Under the pieces are notes generated by a model. That model ran no database searches, was not told the origin of the DNA, and worked only from the letters and a program-made list of their open reading frames with translations. A stretch of DNA of 64,000 nucleotides, taken from positions 7,206 to 71,205 of the forward strand of contig JAWODZ010000105.1 of NCBI GenBank assembly GCA_046483025.1, given 5' to 3'. Source of the DNA: a bacterium (GTDB lineage: Bacteria > Zhuqueibacterota > QNDG01 > CAYUAG01). Below, piece after piece: positions 44,230 through 54,898 of the stretch (position 1 is the stretch's first letter; every line of letters starts with the position of its first letter). The position numbers were made by a program, and so were the translations under genes.

Positions 44230-46683
44230 ATGGGTGAATATGATTTTAAGAATATTGAGAAAAAATGGAGAAAATACTGGCGGGATAATAATTTATATAC
44301 TATAGATTTAGCTAATAAAGAAAAAGAAAAATTATATTGTCTGGTAATGTTTATCTACCCATCCGGTGACAAACTTCATATCGGACATTGGTATAATTAC
44401 GCTCCCACTGATACCTGGGCTCGTTTTAAACGCATGCAGGGATACAACGTATTTGAACCTATGGGATATGATGCTTTCGGTCTTCCGGCTGAGAACGCAG
44501 CCATTAAGAAAGGAATACATCCGGCTGATTCAACTGAGGAAAATATCAGTCAAATCAGAAGTCAGCTGAAAGAAATCGGGGCCATGTATGACTGGTCTAA
44601 AGAAATTAACACCAGCAGGCCTGAATATTATAAATGGACACAATGGCTTTTTCTGCTGTTGTATAAAAATGGACTGGCGTATCGTAAAAAAGCACCGGTA
44701 AACTGGTGTCCTTCCTGTAAAACAGTGTTAGCTAATGAACAGGTGGTTGATGGTTTATGTGAAAGGTGCAGTGCAGAAGTGATCCAAAAAGATCTGGAAC
44801 AGTGGTTTTTTAAAATTACTGATTATGCGGATAAATTACTGGAAGATCTGGATAAAATTGAATGGCCGGAAAAAACAGTTACCATGCAGAAGAACTGGAT
44901 TGGCAAAAGTAAAGGAGCAGTGATAAAATTTCCTATTGACGGGTATAATGATTCTATAGAGGTTTTTACAACCCGTCCCGATACTCTCTGGGGAGTTACC
45001 TATATGGTTCTGGCTCCTGAACATCCCATGGTAGATAAATTAACAACTGATGATCATAAAAAAGAAGTTGAAGCTTATATTTCATCTTCCCAGAAAGAAA
45101 CAGAGATATTCAGAACATCCCTGGATAAAGAAAAAACCGGTGTTTTTACCGGGAGTTACTGTATTAATCCGGTAAATAAAGAAAAAATACCTGTATGGAT
45201 TTCAGATTATGTGCTTATGAGTTACGGCACCGGAGCAGTTATGGCAGTACCGGCTCATGATCAAAGAGATTTTGAGTTTGCCACTAAATTTGATCTTCCC
45301 ATACGAGAAGTCATCAGTCCGGACGGAGAGGAACACGGAAAGCTGGATGAAGCATTTGTCGAATCTGGTATAATGATACATTCCGGGCCCTTTTCAGGAG
45401 AGGAATCTGTTGCTGGTATACAGAAAGTAATCTCCTATTTAGATGAAAATAATTGGGGAGGCAGTAGAATAACTTATAAACTTCGCGACTGGCTTATTTC
45501 CCGTCAGCGGTACTGGGGTGCCCCCATTCCCATGCTTAAATGTGAAAAGTGCGGATATGTCCCTGTACCTGAAGAAGCGTTGCCAGTGGAACTCCCCAGA
45601 GAAGTAAAATTTACCGGCAGCGGTGTATCCCCTTTGGTAACAAATCCTGACTGGGTTAATACTGTCTGTCCGAAGTGCGGTGGAAAGGCGGAAAGAGAAA
45701 TCGACACCATGGATACATTTGTCTGTTCTTCCTGGTATTTTTTGAGATTTCTGTCTCCAAACCTGGATTCTCTTCCTTTTGACACTACACTTGCAAATAA
45801 ATGGCTTCCTGTAGATCAATATGTAGGCGGAGCAGAGCATGCGGTTATGCATTTAATGTATGCCCGTTTTATAACCAAGGTATTATGCGATTTAAATATG
45901 ATTGATTTTGACGAGCCTTTTCAGAGGCTCATTCATCAGGGAGTTATCACTAATCAGGGTGCTAAAATGTCAAAATCCCGGGGGAATGTCATTAATCCTG
46001 ATGATTATATTCATGAATATGGATCAGATGTATTCAGAATGTATATGATGTTTATGGGATCCTACACAGAAGGAGGTGATTGGTCTGAAGACGGTATTCA
46101 CGGAATCAACAGATTTTATTACCGGGTATGGCGACTAATTGATGCGATTTTAAAAACTCCGCCCCAGGGTCAGGAAACAGCGAAAGTTCAAACTTTGGAA
46201 AGACAATGTCATTATGCTGTTAAAATGGTCACCCAGGATCTCAAACGGTTTCAGTTCAATACCTGCATAAGTAGAATTATGGAGCTGGTAAATGAAATGT
46301 ATCTTTATATTCAGGATGTTTTACCACAGGATCAGAACAGGGAAATTCTGAATAATTCATTAAAAACAATGATACAGCTTTTTTCTCCTTTTGCTCCCCA
46401 TCTGGGAGAAGAGTTATGGCATCAAATCGGCAATACAGATAGTGTTTTTGATTCCCAATGGCCGGAGTGGGATGAACAAAAATTGGCCACTGAAAAAGTA
46501 AACATTGTAGTGCAAATCAATGGTAAGGTACGGGGACAAATGAAAATGGGTGCAGATGCTGATGAAGAGGTGATTAAAAAGACTGCTTTAGCGGATCCCA
46601 AGGTTCAGAAATATACTCAGAACAAAGAGATTAAAAAGATGATCTATATTAAGAATAAACTGTTGAGTATTGCAGTAAAGTAA
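44230..46683 (+). CDS. leuS: Leucyl-tRNA synthetase
   Basis: HIGH (HIGHWYNY), KMSKS, CP1 editing domain, 817 aa from the ATG with RBS (alternative GTG at 44200). Confidence 0.9.
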   Translation: MGEYDFKNIEKKWRKYWRDNNLYTIDLANKEKEKLYCLVMFIYPSGDKLHIGHWYNYAPTDTWARFKRMQGYNVFEPMGYDAFGLPAENAAIKKGIHPADSTEENISQIRSQLKEIGAMYDWSKEINTSRPEYYKWTQWLFLLLYKNGLAYRKKAPVNWCPSCKTVLANEQVVDGLCERCSAEVIQKDLEQWFFKITDYADKLLEDLDKIEWPEKTVTMQKNWIGKSKGAVIKFPIDGYNDSIEVFTTRPDTLWGVTYMVLAPEHPMVDKLTTDDHKKEVEAYISSSQKETEIFRTSLDKEKTGVFTGSYCINPVNKEKIPVWISDYVLMSYGTGAVMAVPAHDQRDFEFATKFDLPIREVISPDGEEHGKLDEAFVESGIMIHSGPFSGEESVAGIQKVISYLDENNWGGSRITYKLRDWLISRQRYWGAPIPMLKCEKCGYVPVPEEALPVELPREVKFTGSGVSPLVTNPDWVNTVCPKCGGKAEREIDTMDTFVCSSWYFLRFLSPNLDSLPFDTTLANKWLPVDQYVGGAEHAVMHLMYARFITKVLCDLNMIDFDEPFQRLIHQGVITNQGAKMSKSRGNVINPDDYIHEYGSDVFRMYMMFMGSYTEGGDWSEDGIHGINRFYYRVWRLIDAILKTPPQGQETAKVQTLERQCHYAVKMVTQDLKRFQFNTCISRIMELVNEMYLYIQDVLPQDQNREILNNSLKTMIQLFSPFAPHLGEELWHQIGNTDSVFDSQWPEWDEQKLATEKVNIVVQINGKVRGQMKMGADADEEVIKKTALADPKVQKYTQNKEIKKMIYIKNKLLSIAVK

Positions 46684-46946
46684 TTGTTGGCAGTTGGCAT
46701 TTAGCAGATTAGCATTTGACTGATAGAAAATTAGCAATTTTGAATAAAGAATTGGGCGTTAAGAATTATTGTAAAATATAAATGAGTCTGATTTAAAGAA
46801 AACATTCCCTACGAAATATACAGAAAATACGGAATTATTTTTATTGAGTTTATTTATTGGTTTTGGTATTTTTCGTAGGTTTTTGAAATGTCGTTGAATT
46901 AGAGAGGAATAATAATTAAAATTTATTTAATAGAGAGGAAAATGTT

Positions 46947-47555
46947 ATGAAGTTAAAAAGTAAAACCTCAGTCATAATACTTGTTATTTTTGTTTTAGTC
47001 TCATCTGTTTATTCCCAGAGTACTAAGGTGTTAAAATTTAAGGGTGGTTACTTCAATCCAAAAAGCTTAAAAGGTAGCATAATTTTCAGTGGAAGCTATG
47101 GTATTGCTGTAGACGAAAGAGTTGATTTAAGTTTTGGGATCTCCTATTTTAATAAGACAAGTAAATCTAAAGATGTAAAATATGAGTTAACCCAAGAGGA
47201 TGTAGATTATGATGTTGTTGATGAGACTAAAGAGTATTCTCATACTCTTTTACCTTTATCAGTTGATCTTACTGCTTCTTTTCCCATGCAGCGATCTTTT
47301 GCCTGGATTGCAGGGGGAGGATTAACTTATGAGTTTTTATTTTTAAAAGATGCCACTTTTTCTGGTTTTGGATGGAATGTCTTTCTGGGAATTGAATATG
47401 AGATCGGCAGCCGTTCTTCTTTTATTTTAGAAGGTTTTTATAATAGTTGTAAACCAAAGGGAAAAAAAGATTTTCCAGATATTGGTAAAAAAACTGCTGA
47501 GGTTAATGTTTCCGGAATCGGGATACGCGGTGGTATTAAACTGGTGTTGTTTTAG
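46947..47555 (+). CDS. Small outer-membrane beta-barrel protein
   Basis: Signal peptide, alternating amphipathic strands, C-terminal ...GGIKLVLF aromatic terminus. Confidence 0.55.
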   Translation: MKLKSKTSVIILVIFVLVSSVYSQSTKVLKFKGGYFNPKSLKGSIIFSGSYGIAVDERVDLSFGISYFNKTSKSKDVKYELTQEDVDYDVVDETKEYSHTLLPLSVDLTASFPMQRSFAWIAGGGLTYEFLFLKDATFSGFGWNVFLGIEYEIGSRSSFILEGFYNSCKPKGKKDFPDIGKKTAEVNVSGIGIRGGIKLVLF

Positions 47556-47780
47556 GGAAGTATAAGACAGATCGTGAGGACGTTAGAGCAATAGTAGATT
47601 TTGTATAACAGCCAATTATCGTTGAGATGAGTGAGACAGGGAGAATCGGAAAAACAGGGTGTCGGAGAAGGATGATAGAGAGCAGGTAGTATAAATTATG
47701 GTCAGTGGCTTTTTACAGCAGTCAGAGCTCTATGTCCTGAAATATATAATTTATACAGTGTAATAAAAAAATAATTCAAG

Positions 47781-48608
47781 GTGATAAAAATGTATTCAAC
47801 TAATCAAATGCGATGGAGGATTGGGGGAGGGGGTATAACCCAGGCAGTGAAGACCCTTCTCATTGCCAATGGTGTGGTATACCTTTTACAAATGCTTATA
47901 GGTCCCCAAATGATTATTGCCCTAGGTTTAATTCCGAGATTTTCCTGGTCAAGGTTATTCATCTGGCAATTTTTTACCTATATGTTTCTGCATGGAAATT
48001 TTTTCCATATCTTGTTGAATATGTATGCTCTCTGGATTTTTGGAGTGGAAATAGAGAGAATGTGGGGGAAAAAAGAGTTTTACAAATATTATTTTATTAC
48101 CGGAGTAGGAGCAGGGGTTATTCATACCATTCTGACTCCTATGTCAACAATACCTACTATCGGTGCTTCAGGAGCAGTTATGGGCGTTTTAACTGCTTAT
48201 GCTGTTATGTTTCCCAATAGGATCATTACTCTTTTACTCTTTTTTGTTTTCCCTGTACAGATGCGGGCCAGAACCCTTGCGTTTCTATTTGTTGGCATGT
48301 CACTTTTAGGCGGTATTTCAGGAAGTGCGGATGGAGTAGCTCATTTTGCCCATCTTGGGGGGATGCTGATTGGATATATTTATATGAAAAAAGGATTGCG
48401 TTTTGACTGGATAATTAATAAATATAAAGAATGGAAAAGACGCAGAAAAATATCTGTTGACAATCAGAAGCGGGAAGAAAGAGAAAAAATGAAAAGAATA
48501 GTGGATCATATACTTGATAAAGCAAATCAGGTGGGAATGGAGAATCTTACCAAGGATGAAAAAAGTTTCCTTAAAAAAGCAAGTAAGATTTTAAAAAAGG
48601 ATACCTAA
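47781..48608 (+). CDS. Rhomboid-family intramembrane serine protease
   Basis: GASGAVMG catalytic Ser motif, downstream His (FAHLGGMLIGY), 6 TM; charged C-terminal tail. Confidence 0.75.
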   Translation: MIKMYSTNQMRWRIGGGGITQAVKTLLIANGVVYLLQMLIGPQMIIALGLIPRFSWSRLFIWQFFTYMFLHGNFFHILLNMYALWIFGVEIERMWGKKEFYKYYFITGVGAGVIHTILTPMSTIPTIGASGAVMGVLTAYAVMFPNRIITLLLFFVFPVQMRARTLAFLFVGMSLLGGISGSADGVAHFAHLGGMLIGYIYMKKGLRFDWIINKYKEWKRRRKISVDNQKREEREKMKRIVDHILDKANQVGMENLTKDEKSFLKKASKILKKDT

Positions 48609-48624
48609 TTGTTAAATATAAAAA

Positions 48625-50145
48625 ATGAATTTTAGAACTATGACATCAATAAGAATTTTTATATGCTTTGCTTTTTTATCTCTCTTAATATTTGTTAATA
48701 ATAATGGCTTTGCCTTTCAAAAAAGAGAGATTACACTTAAATTAGAGCATTCAGAACAAAGTTGTTCTATTCCTGCTCTCATTAAGGATGAAGTAACCTA
48801 TTTTTCTTTAAAGACATTTGCTGAACGCTTAAATTTTAAATATTTTATTAATGAGAAAAAAAGGAAGATAGTAATACAATTGGGAACCGGTTCTCTAATC
48901 GTTTCTGGATATAATCCTTTTTTAATTCTTGATGAAGAAATTTATCAAATGCCTCTGGTTACTGTTGATACCGGAGATGACATCTATGTTCCTGCTGCAA
49001 TCTTTATTACCATTGTAGGATACAGATTTTTTGATGATATTAGTTTTAATAATGATAGTAAGGTTTTAACTGTAAACAGATTCAATTATAATATTCTAAG
49101 TATTAATGTTGAGACCAAAAACAATGGGAGTTCACTGCACATCCATACAAATGGGAAATTTGAAAAATCTGATATATCTACATCTTTCAGGCATGGGTGG
49201 TTATATGTTACAGTTTTGGGAGGAAAAATTGATACAGTGCAGAATTCTACGGATACAAAAAGAGGAATTGTTGATAAAATTGTAGCTTTTCAATTTGATA
49301 AATCTTCTCAAATAACTTTTAAATTAGATAGAGAAATTAATGATAAATCAATTGATGTTAAAGACAATGAAATAATTATTTCTGTTTGGCATAAAGTGCA
49401 GCCAGTTATGGAAACAGATAACTCTATTGCTTCTGTCCGAGAAAAATGGTTAATAGACAGAATTATAATAGACCCCGGACATGGGGGGAGAGACCCGGGA
49501 GCTGTAGGTCCTAACGGAACAAAGGAAAAAGATATAACTCTTGACATTTCTAAACGGCTAAAAACATTACTGGAGGATAGATTGGATGTAAAAGTATTTC
49601 TTACCAGAAATGATGATTCCTATGTGGGATTGCAGGAACGTACAAAGTTTGCCAACAAAATGAACGGAAAACTTTTTATCAGTATCCATGCTAATGCAAC
49701 CAGAAATAATAATGTGAGAGGTTTTTCAACCTGGGTTTTAGGAAAGAGTAAAACCAAGATGGCTTTAGAGGTTGCTGAAAAAGAAAATTCAGTTATTGAA
49801 TATGATGACAGCTATACTGAGTATAAAGATGCTTCCTATATTTTGAATGCTATAGCCCAGAATTCTTATCTGAATGAGAGTCTTGATATGGCAGATATAG
49901 TTAACGATCATTTAAAGGTAAGAACCAGAATCCAACAGTGGGGTAAGGGGGTATTTCAGGCAGGATTTTTTGTTTTGGTGGGTGCTTCCATGCCCAGGGT
50001 TTTGGTAGAAACAGCTTTTTTATCCAACCCCTATGAAGAGCGTCAACTACGGACCAGGACATTCCGACAAAAAATTGCACTTGCTCTTTATGAAAGCATA
50101 TTAAAATTCAAAAAAAAATATGAGAAAGAGATCGGAACCGGATAA
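48625..50145 (+). CDS. N-acetylmuramoyl-L-alanine amidase (AmiC-like, N-terminal AMIN/targeting region + amidase_3)
   Basis: IIIDPGHGGRDPGAVG, ISIHANA, zinc-binding residues of amidase_3. Confidence 0.8.
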   Translation: MNFRTMTSIRIFICFAFLSLLIFVNNNGFAFQKREITLKLEHSEQSCSIPALIKDEVTYFSLKTFAERLNFKYFINEKKRKIVIQLGTGSLIVSGYNPFLILDEEIYQMPLVTVDTGDDIYVPAAIFITIVGYRFFDDISFNNDSKVLTVNRFNYNILSINVETKNNGSSLHIHTNGKFEKSDISTSFRHGWLYVTVLGGKIDTVQNSTDTKRGIVDKIVAFQFDKSSQITFKLDREINDKSIDVKDNEIIISVWHKVQPVMETDNSIASVREKWLIDRIIIDPGHGGRDPGAVGPNGTKEKDITLDISKRLKTLLEDRLDVKVFLTRNDDSYVGLQERTKFANKMNGKLFISIHANATRNNNVRGFSTWVLGKSKTKMALEVAEKENSVIEYDDSYTEYKDASYILNAIAQNSYLNESLDMADIVNDHLKVRTRIQQWGKGVFQAGFFVLVGASMPRVLVETAFLSNPYEERQLRTRTFRQKIALALYESILKFKKKYEKEIGTG

Positions 50146-50252
50146 AAAAGAATTCTAAAAATTACTTGCAACTTGTTATTGAATAAATTACATTACGTTT
50201 TAGGTTTATGGTTAATTTTTGAAATTACCAGTAAATTATGTAGGAGATTTGT

Positions 50253-52166
50253 ATGAAAAATAAAGGTATTATTAAAACGATAATCATCATAGGTTTAGTA
50301 AGCTGGGCATTGTATGCTCTTTACCCTACCTATAAATATTTAACCTTACCTGAAGAAAAAAGAACTGAGCTTGAGAAAGAGGGAAAGCTGGTCTCATTAA
50401 TCAATCAATCCATTAACCTGGGACTTGATTTGCAGGGGGGGATCCGACTTGTGTATGAAGTGGATTTACCAAAATTAGTAGAACAGCTTGCAGAGAACAA
50501 GGATGAAAATTTGAATGAAATATTAAACAGAACCCGGGAACAGATGAATGTCAGTACCAGAGATTTTTTGAATATTCTACAGGATGAATTTGAGAAACAG
50601 GATATATCTATGAACAGATATTGGGGTGAACGGGGCGATTCGGAAAGCCGGGTGGTAAAATATCTGGATAAAGAAGCCGAGGAGGCGATGACCCGTTCTT
50701 TACATAAATTAAGAAACAGGGTGGATCAGTTTGGAGTTTCCGAACCGAATCTTCAGAGATTGCGAGATCGAAGGATTTTAGTTGAGCTGCCAGGTTTATC
50801 AGATCCGAGGATGGCTAAAGAACTGATAGGGCGTACTGCGCTTTTGGAATTTAAAATGTTAGCACCCCCGGAAGAATTTACTCAATTAATACAAGATATT
50901 GATAACACTTTAGCCAAAGAAAAAGGAGTTGTAAAGACTGACAAGGAGAGTACAATTGACAGCACTCAGGCAGATACTGTAGAAACTGAAACCAGGGAAA
51001 GTGAAGATGAAGTTGTAAGTGTTAATGAGCTGTTTGGAGAGATTGAAGAAGTTCAAACAGATACAAGCGGAGCTTCAGAGGACTCAACAGTTTTAGTTGA
51101 TAAAAAGATTTTTAAAGAACACCCTTTTCTGGCTTTGCTGCGTACAGGTCAGGAAGGAAGAGTAATTGTTCCTGTTGATAATGTCAGAGCTGTTAATAAA
51201 ATATTAGAGAGAGAGGATATTAAGAAATTATACCCTCAAGGCACTGAACTTGTATGGGCTTCAGAGACAGATCAGGTTGGAGATAAATCTTATCGGAGAC
51301 TTTATCTTTTAAAAGATAAAGCTGAGTTAACCGGAAAATATCTTAAAGATGCAGATGTAGGAATCGGGAACCAGATGCAGACTGCCGGAAGTGCTGTGGT
51401 AAATTTTACTCTGGACAGAACCGGTGCCAGGATTATAAGAAGAGTTACGAGTGCGAATCTTCATAAAATGATGGCAATAGTGCTTGATAATAGAGTTGTA
51501 ACTGCAGCAGAGATACAGAGTAAATTAGGAGCAAACAATCAAATTACCGGGATCGGAAGTATGGACAGAGCAAAGATGATTGCAATTGTTTTACGAGTGG
51601 GAGCACTTGATGCCCCTATCCATATCGCTGAGGAGAGGAGAGTAGGGCCTTCCTTAGGGAGAGATTCAATCAATCAGGGAAAATGGTCTGCAATCATTGG
51701 TATGGCACTGGTAATATTATTTATGGTTATTTACTATAAAGGATCCGGTTTAATTGCAAATATAGCTTTAATTTTAAATCTAATACTGGTAATGGCGGTT
51801 TTAGCTCAATTTGGTTTTACTTTAACTTTACCAGGTGTAGCAGGAATTGTTTTAACTATTGGTATGGCAGTTGATGCGAATGTGTTGGTTTTTGAAAGAA
51901 TTCGGGAGGAATTAGATACAGGGAAAACGGTTCGTGCTTCAATCGATGCCGGATATTCAAGAGCATTTATTACTATACTGGATGCTAATTTAACTACTTT
52001 ATTAACAGCACTTGTTCTATATCAGTTTGGGACCGGTCCGGTAAGGGGATTTGCAGTAACCCTATCTATTGGTATCCTGGCAAGTATGTTTACAGTGTTG
52101 GTGGTTACCAGGCATATATTTTATTTTATCACTTCCAGAAAAACCTTAACCAAACTTAGTATTTAA
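50253..52166 (+). CDS. secD: Protein translocase subunit SecD
   Basis: N-terminal TM, large periplasmic domain, six C-terminal TMs. Confidence 0.9.
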   Translation: MKNKGIIKTIIIIGLVSWALYALYPTYKYLTLPEEKRTELEKEGKLVSLINQSINLGLDLQGGIRLVYEVDLPKLVEQLAENKDENLNEILNRTREQMNVSTRDFLNILQDEFEKQDISMNRYWGERGDSESRVVKYLDKEAEEAMTRSLHKLRNRVDQFGVSEPNLQRLRDRRILVELPGLSDPRMAKELIGRTALLEFKMLAPPEEFTQLIQDIDNTLAKEKGVVKTDKESTIDSTQADTVETETRESEDEVVSVNELFGEIEEVQTDTSGASEDSTVLVDKKIFKEHPFLALLRTGQEGRVIVPVDNVRAVNKILEREDIKKLYPQGTELVWASETDQVGDKSYRRLYLLKDKAELTGKYLKDADVGIGNQMQTAGSAVVNFTLDRTGARIIRRVTSANLHKMMAIVLDNRVVTAAEIQSKLGANNQITGIGSMDRAKMIAIVLRVGALDAPIHIAEERRVGPSLGRDSINQGKWSAIIGMALVILFMVIYYKGSGLIANIALILNLILVMAVLAQFGFTLTLPGVAGIVLTIGMAVDANVLVFERIREELDTGKTVRASIDAGYSRAFITILDANLTTLLTALVLYQFGTGPVRGFAVTLSIGILASMFTVLVVTRHIFYFITSRKTLTKLSI

Positions 52167-52206
52167 TTATTAACAAATAAGAGATATATATAGAAAGGAA
52201 TTATAC

Positions 52207-53142
52207 ATGCGATTATTCAAAAATCCATCCATAAATTTCTTATCAAAACGAAGAATAGGATATATTATATCCCTGACCTTGATTGTTGTAGGTATTGTTT
52301 CATTGATTATTAAAGGTGGACCAAATTATGGGATAGATTTTAAGGGGGGGACTTCTGTAGTGATAAGATTTTTTGAGGATATTACTACTGCACAGCTTAG
52401 AAATATTCTTTCAGGTTCAGAAATATCTAATGCTGAAATAAAGAGTTTTGGAACTAAAAGAGAATTTTTAATTTATATTGAACAGCAGCGAGGAATTTCT
52501 GCTGCCCAAATGGCTGAGAAGGTTCAAACTATCATAGATGAATCTCTTACCGGAAAGGAGTATGAGACAAGAAAAGTAGAAACTATTGGTCCAAAGATCG
52601 GGAAAAAATTAAGAAATTCTGCTATCTGGGCTATCCTGGTAGCGCTGTTGTTGATTTTAATATATATTGGGATAAGATTTGAACTTTTATTTGCTGTCGG
52701 TGCAATTATTGCTCTTTTTCATGATGTATTAATAACATTAGGAATATTTAGTCTATTGAATATTGAAATTTCCATAAAAGAGATTGCAGCGTTCCTTACC
52801 ATTGTAGGGTATTCTTTGAATGATACAATTGTGGTTTATGACAGGATTAGAGAAAATTTAAAAGTATTACGCAGAGAAGACCTTTTCAGTGTATTGAATA
52901 AAAGTATAAATCAATGTTTGAGTAGAACAGTTGTGACCTCTGTTACAACCTTTATTGTTGTCCTTATTTTATTTATTTTTGGGGGGGAAGTATTAAAAGG
53001 ATTTTCATTTGCCATGTTGGTAGGCGTGGTTGTTGGAACGTATTCCTCGATTTTTGTTGCCAGTCCGGCTATTTTTGAGTGGCAGAATAAACATGGTGGA
53101 AAACGTAAACTTAAGATGGCAAAGAGGAAAAGAAAAAGATAA
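52207..53142 (+). CDS. secF: Protein translocase subunit SecF
   Basis: Colinear with SecF, immediately after secD. Confidence 0.9.
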   Translation: MRLFKNPSINFLSKRRIGYIISLTLIVVGIVSLIIKGGPNYGIDFKGGTSVVIRFFEDITTAQLRNILSGSEISNAEIKSFGTKREFLIYIEQQRGISAAQMAEKVQTIIDESLTGKEYETRKVETIGPKIGKKLRNSAIWAILVALLLILIYIGIRFELLFAVGAIIALFHDVLITLGIFSLLNIEISIKEIAAFLTIVGYSLNDTIVVYDRIRENLKVLRREDLFSVLNKSINQCLSRTVVTSVTTFIVVLILFIFGGEVLKGFSFAMLVGVVVGTYSSIFVASPAIFEWQNKHGGKRKLKMAKRKRKR

Positions 53143-53160
53143 ATTTTTAGTGAGGATGGT

Positions 53161-53505
53161 ATGAAGTTTACAATTGAGGAGAGGGATAATATTATTTTAA
53201 TACGCATGGAGGGAGATGTGATCGGGGGGCCGGACGCAGCCACTATTTCAGAGAAAATTCGTGATTTTTTATCTCAGGGAAAGAAAAAATTCATAATCGA
53301 TTTAAAATCGGTGAGATGGATGAACAGTTCTGGTCTGGGGGTCTTAATCGGATGTTTAACTACAGTACGAAACAATCAAGGAAAACTGATTCTGCTGCAT
53401 ATTCCCACAAAAGTTAAGGAATTACTCAAACTCACTAAACTGGAACGGGTTTTTCAGCAATTTGAGAATGAGGATACAGCGATTGAAAATTTTAAGGAAA
53501 AATAA
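53161..53505 (+). CDS. STAS-domain anti-sigma-factor antagonist
   Basis: 114 aa, conserved phosphorylatable Ser region (MNSSGLGVL). Confidence 0.7.
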   Translation: MKFTIEERDNIILIRMEGDVIGGPDAATISEKIRDFLSQGKKKFIIDLKSVRWMNSSGLGVLIGCLTTVRNNQGKLILLHIPTKVKELLKLTKLERVFQQFENEDTAIENFKEK

Positions 53506-54778
53506 TAAACAGGTAAAACTTATTACCGGACTTCAGTGGGGTGATGAAGGTAAGGGCAAAGTTGTTGATCTTTTTTCAGAAAAGATTGATATTGTGGCTC
53601 GATTTCAGGGTGGTGCAAATGCCGGTCATACAGTAAAAATTGATGATGAAGTGTATATTTTGCATCTTTTACCCTCGGGCATTTTACATGAAAATGTTAC
53701 ATGTGTAATTGGAAATGGAGTAGTGATCCATCCTGACACTCTACTCTCAGAGATAAATGATTTAGAGAAAAAAGGTCTGAGTATTTATGACAGGCTTTTG
53801 ATAAGCTATGGTGCTCATTTGATTCTTCCTTATCATAAAGAAATTGAGGCTATTCAGGAAGAGAACAGTGAATATTCAATTGGTACGACCAGAAGGGGTA
53901 TCGGGCCTGCTTATGCGGATAAGGCCTATAGAACAGGAATAAGGATGGGAGATTTATTTTATGAAAAAAAATATAAAGAAATTGTAACAAAAAATATCGA
54001 CCATTATAATAAAATTATTCAGAATGTTTATGGCAGATCCGGTGTTGATAAAAATTCAGTAGTGGAACGTCTTGAACGGTTTGCCCATAAAATCAAGGGA
54101 AATATAGCTGATACCAGCTATTTTATGAATACTAAGATCAAGGAAGGAAAAAAGGTATTACTTGAAGGTGCGCAGGGAATGCTTTTGGATATTGATCTCG
54201 GCACCTATCCTTTTGTTACTTCTTCAAATACAACTATCGGAGGTGTTTTCAGCGGATTGGGTATAAGTCCTAAAAAGGTAGATTACAATATTGGCATATT
54301 AAAAGCATATACCACTCGGGTTGGACGTGGCCCTTTCCCTACTGAACTGACAAGGGAGATTGGTGAGGAATTACGCGAGCGGGGAGGAGAATATGGTGCT
54401 ACTACCGGCAGACCCCGTAGATGCGGATGGCTTGACTGTGTTTTAGCTAAATTTTCCACTGAAATAAATGGTATTGATTCTCTGGCATTAACTAAAATTG
54501 ATGTTTTGGATTTTCTTGAAGAGATAAAAATTTGTACCGGTTATAAAGTAAACGGCGAATTACAGAAAGATTATTTAACCGATCTTACGGTTCTAGATAA
54601 GGTTGAACCTGTATATGAAGTTGTACCAGGATGGCAGCAATCCACATCTACAATAAAAAAGTATAAGGATCTTCCAAAAGAATTACTTAATTACATACAT
54701 TGTATTGAAGAATCAGTGAAGGCCCCGGTAGGATTGGTCTCTGTGGGGCCGGAAAGAAATGAAACTATATTACGGTAG
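53462..54778 (+). CDS. purA: Adenylosuccinate synthetase PurA (true start probably a downstream TTG/ATG)
   Basis: QWGDEGKGK P-loop, GIGPAY, TTGRPRRCGW. Confidence 0.85.
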   Translation: MRMRIQRLKILRKNNKQVKLITGLQWGDEGKGKVVDLFSEKIDIVARFQGGANAGHTVKIDDEVYILHLLPSGILHENVTCVIGNGVVIHPDTLLSEINDLEKKGLSIYDRLLISYGAHLILPYHKEIEAIQEENSEYSIGTTRRGIGPAYADKAYRTGIRMGDLFYEKKYKEIVTKNIDHYNKIIQNVYGRSGVDKNSVVERLERFAHKIKGNIADTSYFMNTKIKEGKKVLLEGAQGMLLDIDLGTYPFVTSSNTTIGGVFSGLGISPKKVDYNIGILKAYTTRVGRGPFPTELTREIGEELRERGGEYGATTGRPRRCGWLDCVLAKFSTEINGIDSLALTKIDVLDFLEEIKICTGYKVNGELQKDYLTDLTVLDKVEPVYEVVPGWQQSTSTIKKYKDLPKELLNYIHCIEESVKAPVGLVSVGPERNETILR

Positions 54779-54898
54779 CTATGGCAATTTTCTATAAATA
54801 CTAATGTAGCTTACTGTTGGCAAATTATTATCAGAAACTTCATTTTAAAAAATTAACTATTTTTTTATATTTTTAACAAATAATAATGATTTGTTCTC

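Noticed and set aside
46690-46730. Sigma-54 promoter (ttggcagttggcatttagca)
   Set aside because: GG/GC elements are not at the required GG-N10-GC spacing.
47813-48220. 135-aa ORF in alternate frame of the rhomboid gene
   Set aside because: Same strand but different frame; the rhomboid frame has catalytic motifs and TM topology, this one does not.
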